Source of the DNA: a virus
IMG/VR virus record: IMGVR_UViG_3300047476_001402
Location: 26,384 to 90,383 of that record
Direction: 5' to 3' (one strand)
DNA length: 64,000 bases
The translations under genes and the position numbers were made by a program. This document shows positions 9,456 through 19,541 of this stretch, piece by piece; position 1 is the first letter of the stretch, and each line of letters begins with the position of its first letter. A model generated the notes under the pieces. It did not search any database and had not been told where the DNA came from. It was given only the letters and a program-made list of their open reading frames with translations.

Positions 9456-10880
9456 ATGAGAGCACCTACCGACATCGACCTTAATAATATTTGCCTACTT
9501 ACCGATTCCTATAAATTAGGACACTTTGATATGGTAACTGATGATACCCAAAACGGATATGCATATTTCGAATCCCGAAATGGTGCAAAATACCCATTTA
9601 CTAATTTCTATGGTCTTCAGATTATCCTTAAGAAACACCTCGAAGGTCCGGTAGTAACTAAAGATCGTATTGATGAGGCAGAAGAGTTTTCCCATGCGCA
9701 TTTTGGTGTTGAAAAATATAATCGCCAAATGTGGGAGTATATTGTTAATAAACATGGTGGTTATCTTCCAATTAAAATTAGAGCGGTCCCAGAAGGTGCA
9801 GTAGTACCTATTAGTCATCCTCTTATGGCTATCACTCTCACTGATGATAATATCCCCAAAGGTGGCGTACTTTATAATCATTTCGAAACAATTTTAACTC
9901 ACGTATGGTATCCTTCAAATATCGCGACTATCGGTTTTGATATGAAGCAGTTTATGAAAGATAAACTGGAAATTGGCGCTGATAATATGGATGTATTGGC
10001 ATTTCTTTTGCATTGCTTTGGATACCGGGCTGCAACATGTGTAGATGCGGCTGGTATTGGTGGTTCAGCTCATTTAGTAAATTTTATGGGCACTGATACT
10101 ATCCAGGGTGTTCAATTTGCACGAAAATATTATAACACCCGTGAAATGCTCGGTTTTTCTGTTTTTGCGAACGAACATAATGTAAAAACTTCATTAGGTC
10201 GGGAAGGAGAACATCTTATCACACGGAGATTTTTGGAAAAATATCCAAATGGTATTATTAGTGATGTTCAAGACAGTTATAGTATTGAAGATTCGATTAA
10301 TTATATTGGTACCAATCTAAACAATGAGATTCTTGCTCGTAATGGAAAATATGTCTTCCGTCCCGATAGTCCTCGTTTTAAAGGTGATACTCCTAAGGAT
10401 CAAATTCTTTGGATTGCGCAAACGCTCAAACATTATTTTGGTGAATTCTTCAATAAGAAGGGATTCAAAACCCTTAATCCAAAGGTTGGGACTATCTACG
10501 GTGACGGACTTTCTACTGAAGAAATTAAGGATTCTATTGTCAATCTTATGGATAATGGTTATAGTCCTGATACATCTGTTTATGGGCAAGGTGGAGGGTT
10601 GATGCAAAAGCATAACCGCGACACTCAGCGCAATGCATTCAAAGGTTCTGCCCATAAACGTGATGGAGTGTGGTACGATGTCTATAAAGATCCTACAGAT
10701 AAGAGTAAAGCTAGTAAACGTGGTAGAGTCGAAACTTTCCGTGATAAAGATGGTAATTTCTTTGTTGGACTCGAAGGTGAATACGAGCCTTATATGAATA
10801 CCGTCTTTGAAAATGGTGTTATTACCAAAGAATATACATTCCAAGAAGTTCGTGAAACCGCAGCATCTTTCCTAAAATAA
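9456..10880 (+). CDS. nadV: Nicotinamide phosphoribosyltransferase (NAMPT/NadV)
   Basis: TDSYK, YFESR, LHCFGYR, AHLVNFMGTDT, RPDS, YGDG, KASKRG motifs. Confidence 0.9.
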   Translation: MRAPTDIDLNNICLLTDSYKLGHFDMVTDDTQNGYAYFESRNGAKYPFTNFYGLQIILKKHLEGPVVTKDRIDEAEEFSHAHFGVEKYNRQMWEYIVNKHGGYLPIKIRAVPEGAVVPISHPLMAITLTDDNIPKGGVLYNHFETILTHVWYPSNIATIGFDMKQFMKDKLEIGADNMDVLAFLLHCFGYRAATCVDAAGIGGSAHLVNFMGTDTIQGVQFARKYYNTREMLGFSVFANEHNVKTSLGREGEHLITRRFLEKYPNGIISDVQDSYSIEDSINYIGTNLNNEILARNGKYVFRPDSPRFKGDTPKDQILWIAQTLKHYFGEFFNKKGFKTLNPKVGTIYGDGLSTEEIKDSIVNLMDNGYSPDTSVYGQGGGLMQKHNRDTQRNAFKGSAHKRDGVWYDVYKDPTDKSKASKRGRVETFRDKDGNFFVGLEGEYEPYMNTVFENGVITKEYTFQEVRETAASFLK

Positions 10881-10886
10881 AAACAT

Positions 10887-11519
10887 ATGTTAAAATATAT
10901 TAAAACCGCATGGCTAAAGCATAAGATTGATCGTGTCAATCTTCTTCTATCAGATGAAAATGATTATAATTTCAAATTGTCTTTTAGAAAAAAACATCCT
11001 GAACATACTGGCATTCTTTCAAGTCTTATTGAGGATTATAAGAATTTCATGTTCCTTGCTGCCTCCTCTGACGAGGAGTGTACTCCTTCAAAAGCAGTAG
11101 ATGATATTTGGCACCATCACATTCTACATACTAAGGATTATTTCGATCATTGGTGTAAAAATGTTATCGGAAAAACCATCCATCATAATCCTGAAAAACC
11201 TGAAGATAATAAGGATTATTCTAAACAATTCAAAGAAACCAATAAAAAATTAGGGGCCATTAAAAATAACAATCTATCTAAAAATTCTGATCTAAGTGAT
11301 ACTCCTCTGGATACTTTCACAGATGTTAACATGCTACTAATTGACAGTCTTTTAGATGCTAAATCACATTCTCATGATAATAGTGAGAATGCCGATAACA
11401 GTGGTAGTTCATCATCCAGTTATGATAGTGGTAGTTCATCATCCAGCTTCAGTAGCTGCTCAAGTAGTAGTTCATCAAGCTGCTCAAGTAGTAGTTGTGG
11501 GGGCGGAGGTGGAGACTGA
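10887..11519 (+). CDS. Glycine-rich-domain (GRDP/DUF1399-like) protein with Ser/Cys/Gly tail
   Basis: PSKAVDDIWHHHILHTKDY...IHHNP; C-terminal SSCSSSSCGGGGGD. Confidence 0.75.
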   Translation: MLKYIKTAWLKHKIDRVNLLLSDENDYNFKLSFRKKHPEHTGILSSLIEDYKNFMFLAASSDEECTPSKAVDDIWHHHILHTKDYFDHWCKNVIGKTIHHNPEKPEDNKDYSKQFKETNKKLGAIKNNNLSKNSDLSDTPLDTFTDVNMLLIDSLLDAKSHSHDNSENADNSGSSSSSYDSGSSSSSFSSCSSSSSSSCSSSSCGGGGGD

Positions 11520-11556
11520 TGCTGTAAATTCGTATCTATCTGATAAATAGATATGA

Positions 11557-12237
11557 ATGTCTCAAATTAAAACTTCTGAATTATCCAGTGTAGACGCACT
11601 CACCCTGAGTAGCGTCTACTTTGTTGTTTTAGATGAACAAAACACTGTTCAAACATCCTCTGGATCTACTGTCAAAATAAACGGAAACGATGTTGCTTTG
11701 TCGTTTTGGGGACTTTCTTCGGATTATATTCCTAATATAAATTATAGCAGTAGTCTTTCTGCTTCATGGCAAAACACAACAACAGTTGTGAATAGTAATA
11801 GTAGTTCGTGGGCAACTAGTGTACCATCAGGAGGTTCAACAAATCAGATTCTTCAAAAAAATAGTTCGACCGATAATGATGCTTCTTGGAAAAATAAAAG
11901 AACTACAGTCACTTTACCTACACTAAGCGGTTCTGGTCTTAGAAGTATAAGTTCTAATGCACTATCGGCGGATCAATTCGTAGTTCTGCTTAGTGGTGCT
12001 TCACTATCTGCCGCAATTGAAGCACCGACAAATCCGTATGATTCTCAGATTATAATGTGGAATCTAAGATATGTAACAAATATCTTAGGCGTTTCGGCAG
12101 CACCTAACTTTAGATTACCGATCACCACACTTCAGTGGTCAATATCCTCTTCCCGAATGGATATAATGACAGCTAAATATAACCTTTTAGATAACAAATG
12201 GGATGTTATCGGATTTTCACCTGGATATATAATTTAA
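11557..12237 (+). CDS. Probable virion/tail-associated protein
   Basis: Ser-rich, PSGG.TNQIL.K.S.TD motif typical of fibre proteins; TAAATA upstream. Confidence 0.55.
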   Translation: MSQIKTSELSSVDALTLSSVYFVVLDEQNTVQTSSGSTVKINGNDVALSFWGLSSDYIPNINYSSSLSASWQNTTTVVNSNSSSWATSVPSGGSTNQILQKNSSTDNDASWKNKRTTVTLPTLSGSGLRSISSNALSADQFVVLLSGASLSAAIEAPTNPYDSQIIMWNLRYVTNILGVSAAPNFRLPITTLQWSISSSRMDIMTAKYNLLDNKWDVIGFSPGYII

Positions 12238-12239
12238 TT

Positions 12240-13160
12240 ATGGCTGATGCATATTTTTCTGTTTTTGTAGATACTGATATAAACAATTCTTTGAATTGGT
12301 TCGCGGATGAAAGTCTTACCACACCATATGGTAGTGTTCCTAATTTTGATGCTGCGGGACTGGAAATTCAAATAGGAAATGGTTCTGAATTGGTTACTTG
12401 TAATATGACTAGTGAGACCTTTGGTGCCAATCTTACCGTGGCACTAAATGCAGTATTAAATGCTAGTGGTGATATTACTAATAACGGAATATGCACTGTT
12501 CATGGAGAAATGACTATGAACGGAGTATTCACAAATAATGCCACCTTCTACAACCACGGAACATATAATAGCTCGGGTAATTTTATTAATTATAGCAATA
12601 GCAATTTTTCTAATTATGGCATTTTTAATAACTATGCTGCATTAAGTATGAGTGATGGTAGTAGCACTTGCAACAATTCGGGTACCTTGAACAACTATTC
12701 TTCTTTTATTCTTTTTGAAGATTTTACAAACACAGGAACGGTAAACAGTACGTCGTCCATACTATTGTCTGCCATATTCAACAATCAATCTGTTTTATAT
12801 CTGTCATCAGGTACTCTTACAAACAATTCAAGCCTTAACAACGGTAGTAGTGGTATTATTACTGTTGGCGAGGGGGCCACCATAACATCCTCCGCAGAAA
12901 TAATAAACTCAGGATCTATAATAAACTCAGGTTCCATTCTAATCACTAATGGAATATTTGATAACAGATATCAAAGCTCTGTGGTTAATAACAATATCTT
13001 ATCTATATCGTTTGGGGCTCGTCTTTCGATCACTTCAGGAACAAGCTCTATATTTACAAACAACGGCGCATTTACATTCCACTCTGAGACCAACAGATTC
13101 AAAGGACGTGTGTATCCACAAATTCCTTCTTCCGCATCATGGGGTAATATTTTCATTTAA
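12240..13160 (+). CDS. Beta-helix-like adhesin/fibre protein
   Basis: Repeated N-x-G-T/x-F-x-N-N motifs; ATG 12240 follows the upstream stop. Confidence 0.55.
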   Translation: MADAYFSVFVDTDINNSLNWFADESLTTPYGSVPNFDAAGLEIQIGNGSELVTCNMTSETFGANLTVALNAVLNASGDITNNGICTVHGEMTMNGVFTNNATFYNHGTYNSSGNFINYSNSNFSNYGIFNNYAALSMSDGSSTCNNSGTLNNYSSFILFEDFTNTGTVNSTSSILLSAIFNNQSVLYLSSGTLTNNSSLNNGSSGIITVGEGATITSSAEIINSGSIINSGSILITNGIFDNRYQSSVVNNNILSISFGARLSITSGTSSIFTNNGAFTFHSETNRFKGRVYPQIPSSASWGNIFI

Positions 13161-13195
13161 TTTGACAAGGCGATAATACCATGGTATTATCGCCT

Positions 13196-13966
13196 ATGAA
13201 AGTCGTCGTTATTGGAGATAATTATATAGGAACCGCATTTTCTTCTTATGAAGTACTGGATCATCATGATTTGGTTCTTTGTGATAGTTTTAGAGAGCGT
13301 TTTTCGGACGTTGATATTTTTATATATGCAGTAGATAATAAAGTTAATAGAATAGAAATTAACAGCAAAGATAATTTTCTTTTGTTGTATAGATTTACAG
13401 AATTCTGTAAAAAATTTGGAAAAAAATTAGTTCTAATATCTACTGCCGATTTGTATGGAAATAATTGGGATTGGGAGCATCAAACCACTGAAGATTCTAC
13501 GGCGTTAGACATGAACACAGACTATCGCTTATCTAAGAGAGTAGCTGAGAGAATGATGAGACCTCATGATATTATCATAAGAATTAAAAATCCTTTCGAT
13601 TGTAGATTACACGATGAAAATACATTACTCAAAATATACAAAAAAACCGATCTTTGTAATTGGCAAGATTCATTTACATATCTTCCCGACTTAACTAAAA
13701 GTGTTGAGTATCTATTGAATAATAATATGTCTGGTATATACAATGTAGCACAATTCGAATGCGCATCTATGGTATACATTTCTAATCTATTACAAATGTC
13801 CCACAGTGATACAAATACTGGAGACATACTCGATTTGGTTAACGTCTGTGCAGATGTGAACTGTTCAAAAATCAAACAGTTTGTAGATCTAACATCTTTA
13901 GATGCTGCACTGTCGGTATCTTGGCAAAAACTGCTTGCTAAAATGACATTACGTGCTAATATGTAA
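13196..13966 (+). CDS. NAD-dependent epimerase / RmlD-like sugar-nucleotide enzyme
   Basis: VVVIG..YIG Rossmann start, ISTADLY, YRLSK (YxxxK). Confidence 0.7.
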   Translation: MKVVVIGDNYIGTAFSSYEVLDHHDLVLCDSFRERFSDVDIFIYAVDNKVNRIEINSKDNFLLLYRFTEFCKKFGKKLVLISTADLYGNNWDWEHQTTEDSTALDMNTDYRLSKRVAERMMRPHDIIIRIKNPFDCRLHDENTLLKIYKKTDLCNWQDSFTYLPDLTKSVEYLLNNNMSGIYNVAQFECASMVYISNLLQMSHSDTNTGDILDLVNVCADVNCSKIKQFVDLTSLDAALSVSWQKLLAKMTLRANM

Positions 13967-13967
13967 C

Positions 13968-14336
13968 ATGGAAGAACAATACACCTCTGATATGATTGAG
14001 CCTTATTACGACGATTTTTATAAAAATCCGTTTCGAAGAACATATGAGAATTTAATATTTCGAATACTTGTCAAAATTGATCTGTATATACAGTATTATA
14101 CAAGCGATGGCTATTTCCAGAGATTCGTAGAAAAACTAATCATCAAAAGAGAAGCCAGTCTACACAAACAAAGAAAAATCCAAGAGATAAGAAATACTGT
14201 ACATTCCTATAGAACAGCATTTCAGAGATTCAACACTCCTAGCCGACCTACTTGTTTTGATCAAACTCCTGCGGGAGATCTTATCAGGGCTCGTATCAAT
14301 TGCAAAACAAATAGGGATATCGTAATAAAGAACTGA
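13968..14336 (+). CDS. Hypothetical protein
   Basis: ORF between coupled neighbours. Confidence 0.55.
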   Translation: MEEQYTSDMIEPYYDDFYKNPFRRTYENLIFRILVKIDLYIQYYTSDGYFQRFVEKLIIKREASLHKQRKIQEIRNTVHSYRTAFQRFNTPSRPTCFDQTPAGDLIRARINCKTNRDIVIKN

Positions 14337-14686
14337 TGACTAAATATAAATTTATATACATTGCTGGCCCGATGACAGGATATGAGAGTTTCAATTATCC
14401 TGCATTTGAAAAAATGGAAAAACAATTGATTGATGCATTTTGGTGTAAGCCAGACAATATTCTGAATCCAATAAGAATTGCGGACGGTGATACGACAAAG
14501 CCCTATAGTTTTTACATTCGCGAATCTATCAAGATGATTGAGAATGCAACAGATGTAGTGTTTCTCGACGGATGGGAGAAAAGTAAAGGCGCTGTATTAG
14601 AATACCATATTGCAAAGACTATGGGTCTTAATATGCTTGATCAGAACCTTTATCCACTACCAGAAAACTTAACATTTACAATTTAA
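14336..14686 (+). CDS. DUF4406 / nucleoside 2-deoxyribosyltransferase-like protein
   Basis: IYIAGPMTG..FN.PAF, LNP, GWEKSKGA.LE. Confidence 0.8.
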   Translation: MTKYKFIYIAGPMTGYESFNYPAFEKMEKQLIDAFWCKPDNILNPIRIADGDTTKPYSFYIRESIKMIENATDVVFLDGWEKSKGAVLEYHIAKTMGLNMLDQNLYPLPENLTFTI

Positions 14687-14695
14687 CAATTTAAT

Positions 14696-15106
14696 ATGTC
14701 TGATGTAAAACAAGTAATTGTAATTCGTGCTGATTTGAATATGCGAAAAGGCAAAATCGCATCTCAAGCAGCACATGCATCCATGGGTATATTTTTTAAA
14801 GCATTGATCCCATCACATACCTTCCACCGAGAAGAAAAATATATAGATCATTGGGAATTGCCCAATGACAAGTATTTTGAAGATTTTATTAATGGACGAT
14901 TCAAGAAAATCGTGGTTTATGTGAATTCTGAAGAAGAACTTCTTGCTATTCATAAACAAGCATTCGACAAACAAATTCATTGTAGTCTTATTAAGGATGC
15001 AGGTCTTACTGAATTCGGCGGAATTCCTACATATACTGCTGTTGGAATTGGTCCTTGGGACTCGAAAGAAATTGACGAAATTACTGGACATCTCAAACTT
15101 CTATAG
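14696..15106 (+). CDS. pth2: Peptidyl-tRNA hydrolase Pth2
   Basis: KQVIVIRADL.MRKGK.ASQAAHAS, KKIV, DAGLTEF, T..GIGP, ITGHLKLL. Confidence 0.92.
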   Translation: MSDVKQVIVIRADLNMRKGKIASQAAHASMGIFFKALIPSHTFHREEKYIDHWELPNDKYFEDFINGRFKKIVVYVNSEEELLAIHKQAFDKQIHCSLIKDAGLTEFGGIPTYTAVGIGPWDSKEIDEITGHLKLL

Positions 15107-15117
15107 TAGGGTCTAAC

Positions 15118-16020
15118 ATGGTTTATAAAACACGCATTGCTCCATCACCCACAGGATTTATTCATCTCGGAAATATCCGAACAGCATATCATAATTGGCT
15201 TGCTGCTCGTTCCACTGGCGGAAAATTCATTCTCCGTATTGACGACACTGATAAAGAGCGTAATAAAGAAGAATATGTGGATAAAATTTTCGAGACATTT
15301 GAATGGCTTGGTTTGGATTTTGATGAAACATTTCGTCAGAGCGAAACAGAGGCCAACCATTTAGCTATTGCACAGCAACTAGTACATGATGGTCTAGCAG
15401 AGATGATTGAAGGCGGAGCTATCCGTTTGACTAACATTCCTCATATTCCTGATTTTTGGAACGATGTTGTTGCAGGAGAGATCAAAGTATCTGATAAAGA
15501 TCGGGAGGTTCTGAATAATATTATCATCGTTCGTAGTAACGGCTCCCCTACATACAACTTCTCTAGTATTTTAGACGATATGTTTTCAGATGTTAATTTA
15601 ATCATTCGTGGAACGGATCATATTTCTAATACTATTAAGCAATTAGTAATCCTTCATGCAGTTGCGAATCTTAAAAATAATCAACGTGCCTGTGAATTTG
15701 CTCGTAAATCTTTGGACAATACTAAATTTGCCCATGTTGGGTTAGTTTTCGAAAAAGGGAAGAAACTTTCGAAGCGTGACGGATCAAGCAATTTTGATAT
15801 CCATAGAGAAAGTGGCTCACATCCTGATGCAATCCTAAATTGGATTCTTCGACTCGGATGGAGTCCGTCTGATGCAAATTTTGATAAAAATCATCCAATC
15901 ATCACTAAAGATCATGCAAAGGAGATCTTTTGGAGTGCTGGTGCATTGAGAAATTCTTCTGCATCATTAGATTTACAAAAATTAGCATACTATAACAAGA
16001 AATATAAAAACCTAAAATAA
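15118..16020 (+). CDS. Truncated glutamyl-tRNA synthetase-like protein (catalytic core only; GluQ-RS-like size)
   Basis: TRIAPSPTG.IHLGN (HIGH), LRIDDTD, IRGTDHISNT, KLSKR (KMSKS); ends at 300 aa without anticodon-binding domains. Confidence 0.85.
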   Translation: MVYKTRIAPSPTGFIHLGNIRTAYHNWLAARSTGGKFILRIDDTDKERNKEEYVDKIFETFEWLGLDFDETFRQSETEANHLAIAQQLVHDGLAEMIEGGAIRLTNIPHIPDFWNDVVAGEIKVSDKDREVLNNIIIVRSNGSPTYNFSSILDDMFSDVNLIIRGTDHISNTIKQLVILHAVANLKNNQRACEFARKSLDNTKFAHVGLVFEKGKKLSKRDGSSNFDIHRESGSHPDAILNWILRLGWSPSDANFDKNHPIITKDHAKEIFWSAGALRNSSASLDLQKLAYYNKKYKNLK

Positions 16021-17285
16021 TGAAAACAGAAGAACTACAAGAATATATAAATATATTGGAATTGGGAAACACCACATTCCAAGCAATTAAAAATCATCCT
16101 CTGATCGTTGAAATTAAAAAAGATGCCAATCTTAGATACATAATTCCAAAAAAAGAAGAAAAACCAGTAGATGATTCTGCACTGGAAATCATGTGGACTA
16201 CTAATAGATCTGCAAAAAACATTGCAGCATATCTTCGATTGAATGGCTATACCATAGATTATAAAACCTCCACCGTTACTAAAGACGGCGGGAAGAATAA
16301 TACAAAAGTTGGGCGAGTTTTAAATACATTAAATCCTAAATTGTTAGAAAATTGGAAGAAAATAACAAACGAGGGTTTCTCTACCAAGAAAAGTGAAGAT
16401 AAAATTTGGATTATTTCTGCTAATCCAGAAGATCTCTGTGGTTCATCATACAAAAGGAAGTGGACATCTTGTACTTCAGATGGTCATCATATGAGTGGGC
16501 TAGGCAATAATAGATTTTCTCTTATTGCCTATCTTTGTGACAAAGAGGATACGACCATTAAAAATCCACACTGTAGGTATTTTATTCATATCGGCATTCC
16601 TCGTAGTACGCAGACTAAAAATGTTACATTTAAGCTAACGGGGGATAATATTCCACCTGAAATGATCAATCTTAGATTAAATTCTCCTAAAGAAGGCACA
16701 ATAGGATCATTGTTCATAGATACTAAATATGGCAACTGTTCTAGTACTGAATATCAAAATCTAGTATCATTCGTAAATACTATGAATGATACTGTGCTAG
16801 ATATGAACGGTGTTAAACGGATGGCTATTGTTGTGACTGGTCTATATGTTAATGCCTACCCTACTCCTAAAGAAGTGGTTCGTTCCAACTCAAAGAGTGT
16901 GAAGAAAACAGTTAAAACTAAGGCTAATAGTGAAACACTGGCGATGCGCGCAAAAGCGTATAGTAAATGGTCGAATCGCCCCTCCTATGAGTTAGTCGAG
17001 TATATCATAAAGAATAATTATTTCTCTAATTCTGCTCTGACAGATTTCATTATCTCTGATAAAGAATTCTCTCAATTTATTAATGACGATGCTATTGGCG
17101 ATGCATTAAAAAGAGTGCAAGATGTTATTGAAGAAAATAAACAACAATTGATAGATTTAAAGGATTATACTGAAATCGTGCAAATCACTGATAAAATAAC
17201 AATCAATGTTAAAAATTATGATGCTATTGTTAAATTCCGAGAAAAAATCCAGACAGCACAGAATAGCAAAAAGGTTAAAATTTAA
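16020..17285 (+). CDS. Hypothetical protein (421 aa)
   Basis: Long ORF with WTSC motif; no confident family. Confidence 0.65.
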   Translation: MKTEELQEYINILELGNTTFQAIKNHPLIVEIKKDANLRYIIPKKEEKPVDDSALEIMWTTNRSAKNIAAYLRLNGYTIDYKTSTVTKDGGKNNTKVGRVLNTLNPKLLENWKKITNEGFSTKKSEDKIWIISANPEDLCGSSYKRKWTSCTSDGHHMSGLGNNRFSLIAYLCDKEDTTIKNPHCRYFIHIGIPRSTQTKNVTFKLTGDNIPPEMINLRLNSPKEGTIGSLFIDTKYGNCSSTEYQNLVSFVNTMNDTVLDMNGVKRMAIVVTGLYVNAYPTPKEVVRSNSKSVKKTVKTKANSETLAMRAKAYSKWSNRPSYELVEYIIKNNYFSNSALTDFIISDKEFSQFINDDAIGDALKRVQDVIEENKQQLIDLKDYTEIVQITDKITINVKNYDAIVKFREKIQTAQNSKKVKI

Positions 17286-17311
17286 AAAACTTCTAATAGT
17301 ATAAAATAATT

Positions 17312-17344
17312 AACACCGAGGATAATATTATCCTCGGTGTTTTT
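17312..17344 (+). terminator. Intrinsic terminator / palindrome
   Basis: aacaccgaggataatattatcctcggtgtt followed by ttt. Confidence 0.75.
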
Positions 17345-17377
17345 ATGTTATGCGGTTTCTTCATAGTAAATAATTGA

Positions 17378-18355
17378 ATGTCCGATTGTTTTATTCCTCC
17401 ATACAAAATACACGATATTGGTGATATTGAAACGCTGTCTCAAATCTATCCATCACATATAAGAGAACTTAAAATTCCCGCTCTTTGGAGTAAAACAAAA
17501 GGCAGAGGAATCACAGTGGCAGTCTTAGATACTGGAATACAAACACATCCCGATTTAATCAAAAATGTTGACATATCTAAATGCAGATCATTCATAGATG
17601 GGGAAGACATATTTGATAATTCCGCAGGACACGGTATTCACGTTAACGGAATTATTGCAGCATCAAACGATGAGTTTGGTATAGTGGGTGTAGCACCTGA
17701 AGTTACACTAGTATCTGTTAAAGTTTTGAACAAAAATGGTAGAAGTCAGAATGATAGTATATTAAAAGGACTCAAGTACTGTCTGAATTTGAACCCTGAT
17801 CTTATTAATATGTCATTGGGCGGTCCACTTCCCATGCCTGAAGTTCATGAAGTAATAAAAGAGCTTACATTGCGAGGAATACCAGTCGTATGTAGCGTTG
17901 GGAACAATGCGAATGAAAAAAATCAGGTTCTTTATCCTGCACAATATGATGAATGTATAGCCGTTGGTAGTTATTCTAATTCATCCATGCGGGACCGTTC
18001 TATATTTTCTAGTTACGGTGACACTGTTGACATTTTGGCACCTGGAGAAGAGATATTCTCTACGTTCCTCAACGGTTCGTATGCTGTTCTATCAGGGAGT
18101 TCGATGGCAGCACCAATGGTTACTGGTGTTATTGCCCTTCTTCTATCCTATTGTAAGAAACAAAATAAGAGTATCACCGTTTCGGAAATAAAAAAGGTAA
18201 TATTTGAAACTGCAATAGATACTGAGAAAAAGGGTCGCGACGAAGAAAGTGGATGGGGTATAATAAATCCTGAAGGTATTTTATTCAGAATAACCGGGAA
18301 TGTTGTTAAAAAACAGAGTATTTGGGAAAAATTTCTAAGTATATTCAAAAAATAA
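17378..18355 (+). CDS. Subtilisin-family (S8) serine protease
   Basis: VAVLDTG, HGIHVNGIIA, GSSMAAP catalytic-triad motifs. Confidence 0.92.
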   Translation: MSDCFIPPYKIHDIGDIETLSQIYPSHIRELKIPALWSKTKGRGITVAVLDTGIQTHPDLIKNVDISKCRSFIDGEDIFDNSAGHGIHVNGIIAASNDEFGIVGVAPEVTLVSVKVLNKNGRSQNDSILKGLKYCLNLNPDLINMSLGGPLPMPEVHEVIKELTLRGIPVVCSVGNNANEKNQVLYPAQYDECIAVGSYSNSSMRDRSIFSSYGDTVDILAPGEEIFSTFLNGSYAVLSGSSMAAPMVTGVIALLLSYCKKQNKSITVSEIKKVIFETAIDTEKKGRDEESGWGIINPEGILFRITGNVVKKQSIWEKFLSIFKK

Positions 18356-18356
18356 T

Positions 18357-18656
18357 ATGGATATTATAATTCTATTTCTTGCTATCTTTGGTGCAACATT
18401 CATATTCGTTCATGCGAAGATAATGGATATTTTAAAAATACGCCCTTTTCTAAACCAGTTCGAATTTACTCGGGAATTACAAAAGTGCTCCCTTTGCTCT
18501 GGAATATATATAAGCGCATTATTTGGTATATTTTATATGCCCATAAATATGCTAATCCCTTTTATATTTGCAGGAGCCGGAGTTGCTCTTTATTTAGAAC
18601 GAATAGTTATTTTATTCGATGAATTGATTATAAAATTAGAGAAAGAAAGACGTTGA
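18357..18656 (+). CDS. Small membrane protein with CxxC (DUF1360-like)
   Basis: Hydrophobic, CSLCSG. Confidence 0.55.
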   Translation: MDIIILFLAIFGATFIFVHAKIMDILKIRPFLNQFEFTRELQKCSLCSGIYISALFGIFYMPINMLIPFIFAGAGVALYLERIVILFDELIIKLEKERR

Positions 18657-18685
18657 TAATAGTCTCGTCCGTGTTATAATAACAA

Positions 18686-18934
18686 ATGCGTTACCCAGAA
18701 AAACATAGAATCGTTCTTGATAATTGTGATGGATACTCTCAGTTAGATGATGAGGAACTGAAGGATAGTTATAAAAAAGCCTATCACTGGATCGAGCGAG
18801 AGGGTAAACTACTGCTCCCGTTTATCTACATTATAACTCAAAAAACTGAAAACGGGTTTATTGAAAAGTGTATAGTCAATATTCCTCGAAAGAAATACAT
18901 CGAAGTAGTCGATGGTAAAAAAACTATTAAATAA
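18686..18934 (+). CDS. Hypothetical protein
   Basis: Preceded by TTGATA...TATAAT. Confidence 0.55.
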   Translation: MRYPEKHRIVLDNCDGYSQLDDEELKDSYKKAYHWIEREGKLLLPFIYIITQKTENGFIEKCIVNIPRKKYIEVVDGKKTIK

Positions 18935-19142
18935 TATGAACAATTTAGATAATGCTATAACTGAATTTATTAAGGCATATGAGGCACTCCAAGTAGTCGA
19001 AATTCAACTATGTGATGCTGTTAGGCCGGAATTGGTAAAATGTAAAAACGCTGAAGATTATTATAAACTAATCGACAAACTTCCGAAGAGTTATCGTATT
19101 GGTATAAGACGTATTTACGAACTTATCGAACGTCTCGGATGA
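18912..19142 (+). CDS. Hypothetical protein
   Basis: ORF; start uncertain. Confidence 0.5.
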   Translation: MVKKLLNNMNNLDNAITEFIKAYEALQVVEIQLCDAVRPELVKCKNAEDYYKLIDKLPKSYRIGIRRIYELIERLG

Positions 19143-19520
19143 TTACGTATTCACAAGATCTTCAGGAATGAATTTCTTATACTGATAAGCAATACCCGTT
19201 CCTGATCCTAGTGTTATACTAGTGATAGGGGCTGTCCATGTATAGCCCGCAGGAAACGAAAATGAATTAAATGCACTAGGAGTTGCAGAATATATGGTTC
19301 CTGTGTGTTGACCATCGCTGTGTTGTGTTCGCATACCTACAGATGCTACTACTGAATTAGTTAAAAAATCTATTCTATAGAATACATAATCTGAGGATGT
19401 CGGTACAAATGTTCCTGCACCAGTCAGAGGTATTTGGCCGTGTCCACCAAATGAGAGTTCCCATGCGAAAAGCTCTCTACGGTCATTATACATAAAACTA
19501 GTACTTGGTTGTAAATTCAT
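19143..19520 (-). CDS. Hypothetical late (probable virion) protein
   Basis: TAAGTA motif just upstream; beta-rich composition. Confidence 0.55.
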   Translation of the reverse strand: MNLQPSTSFMYNDRRELFAWELSFGGHGQIPLTGAGTFVPTSSDYVFYRIDFLTNSVVASVGMRTQHSDGQHTGTIYSATPSAFNSFSFPAGYTWTAPITSITLGSGTGIAYQYKKFIPEDLVNT

Positions 19521-19541
19521 ACTATTACTTATTCATAACGC

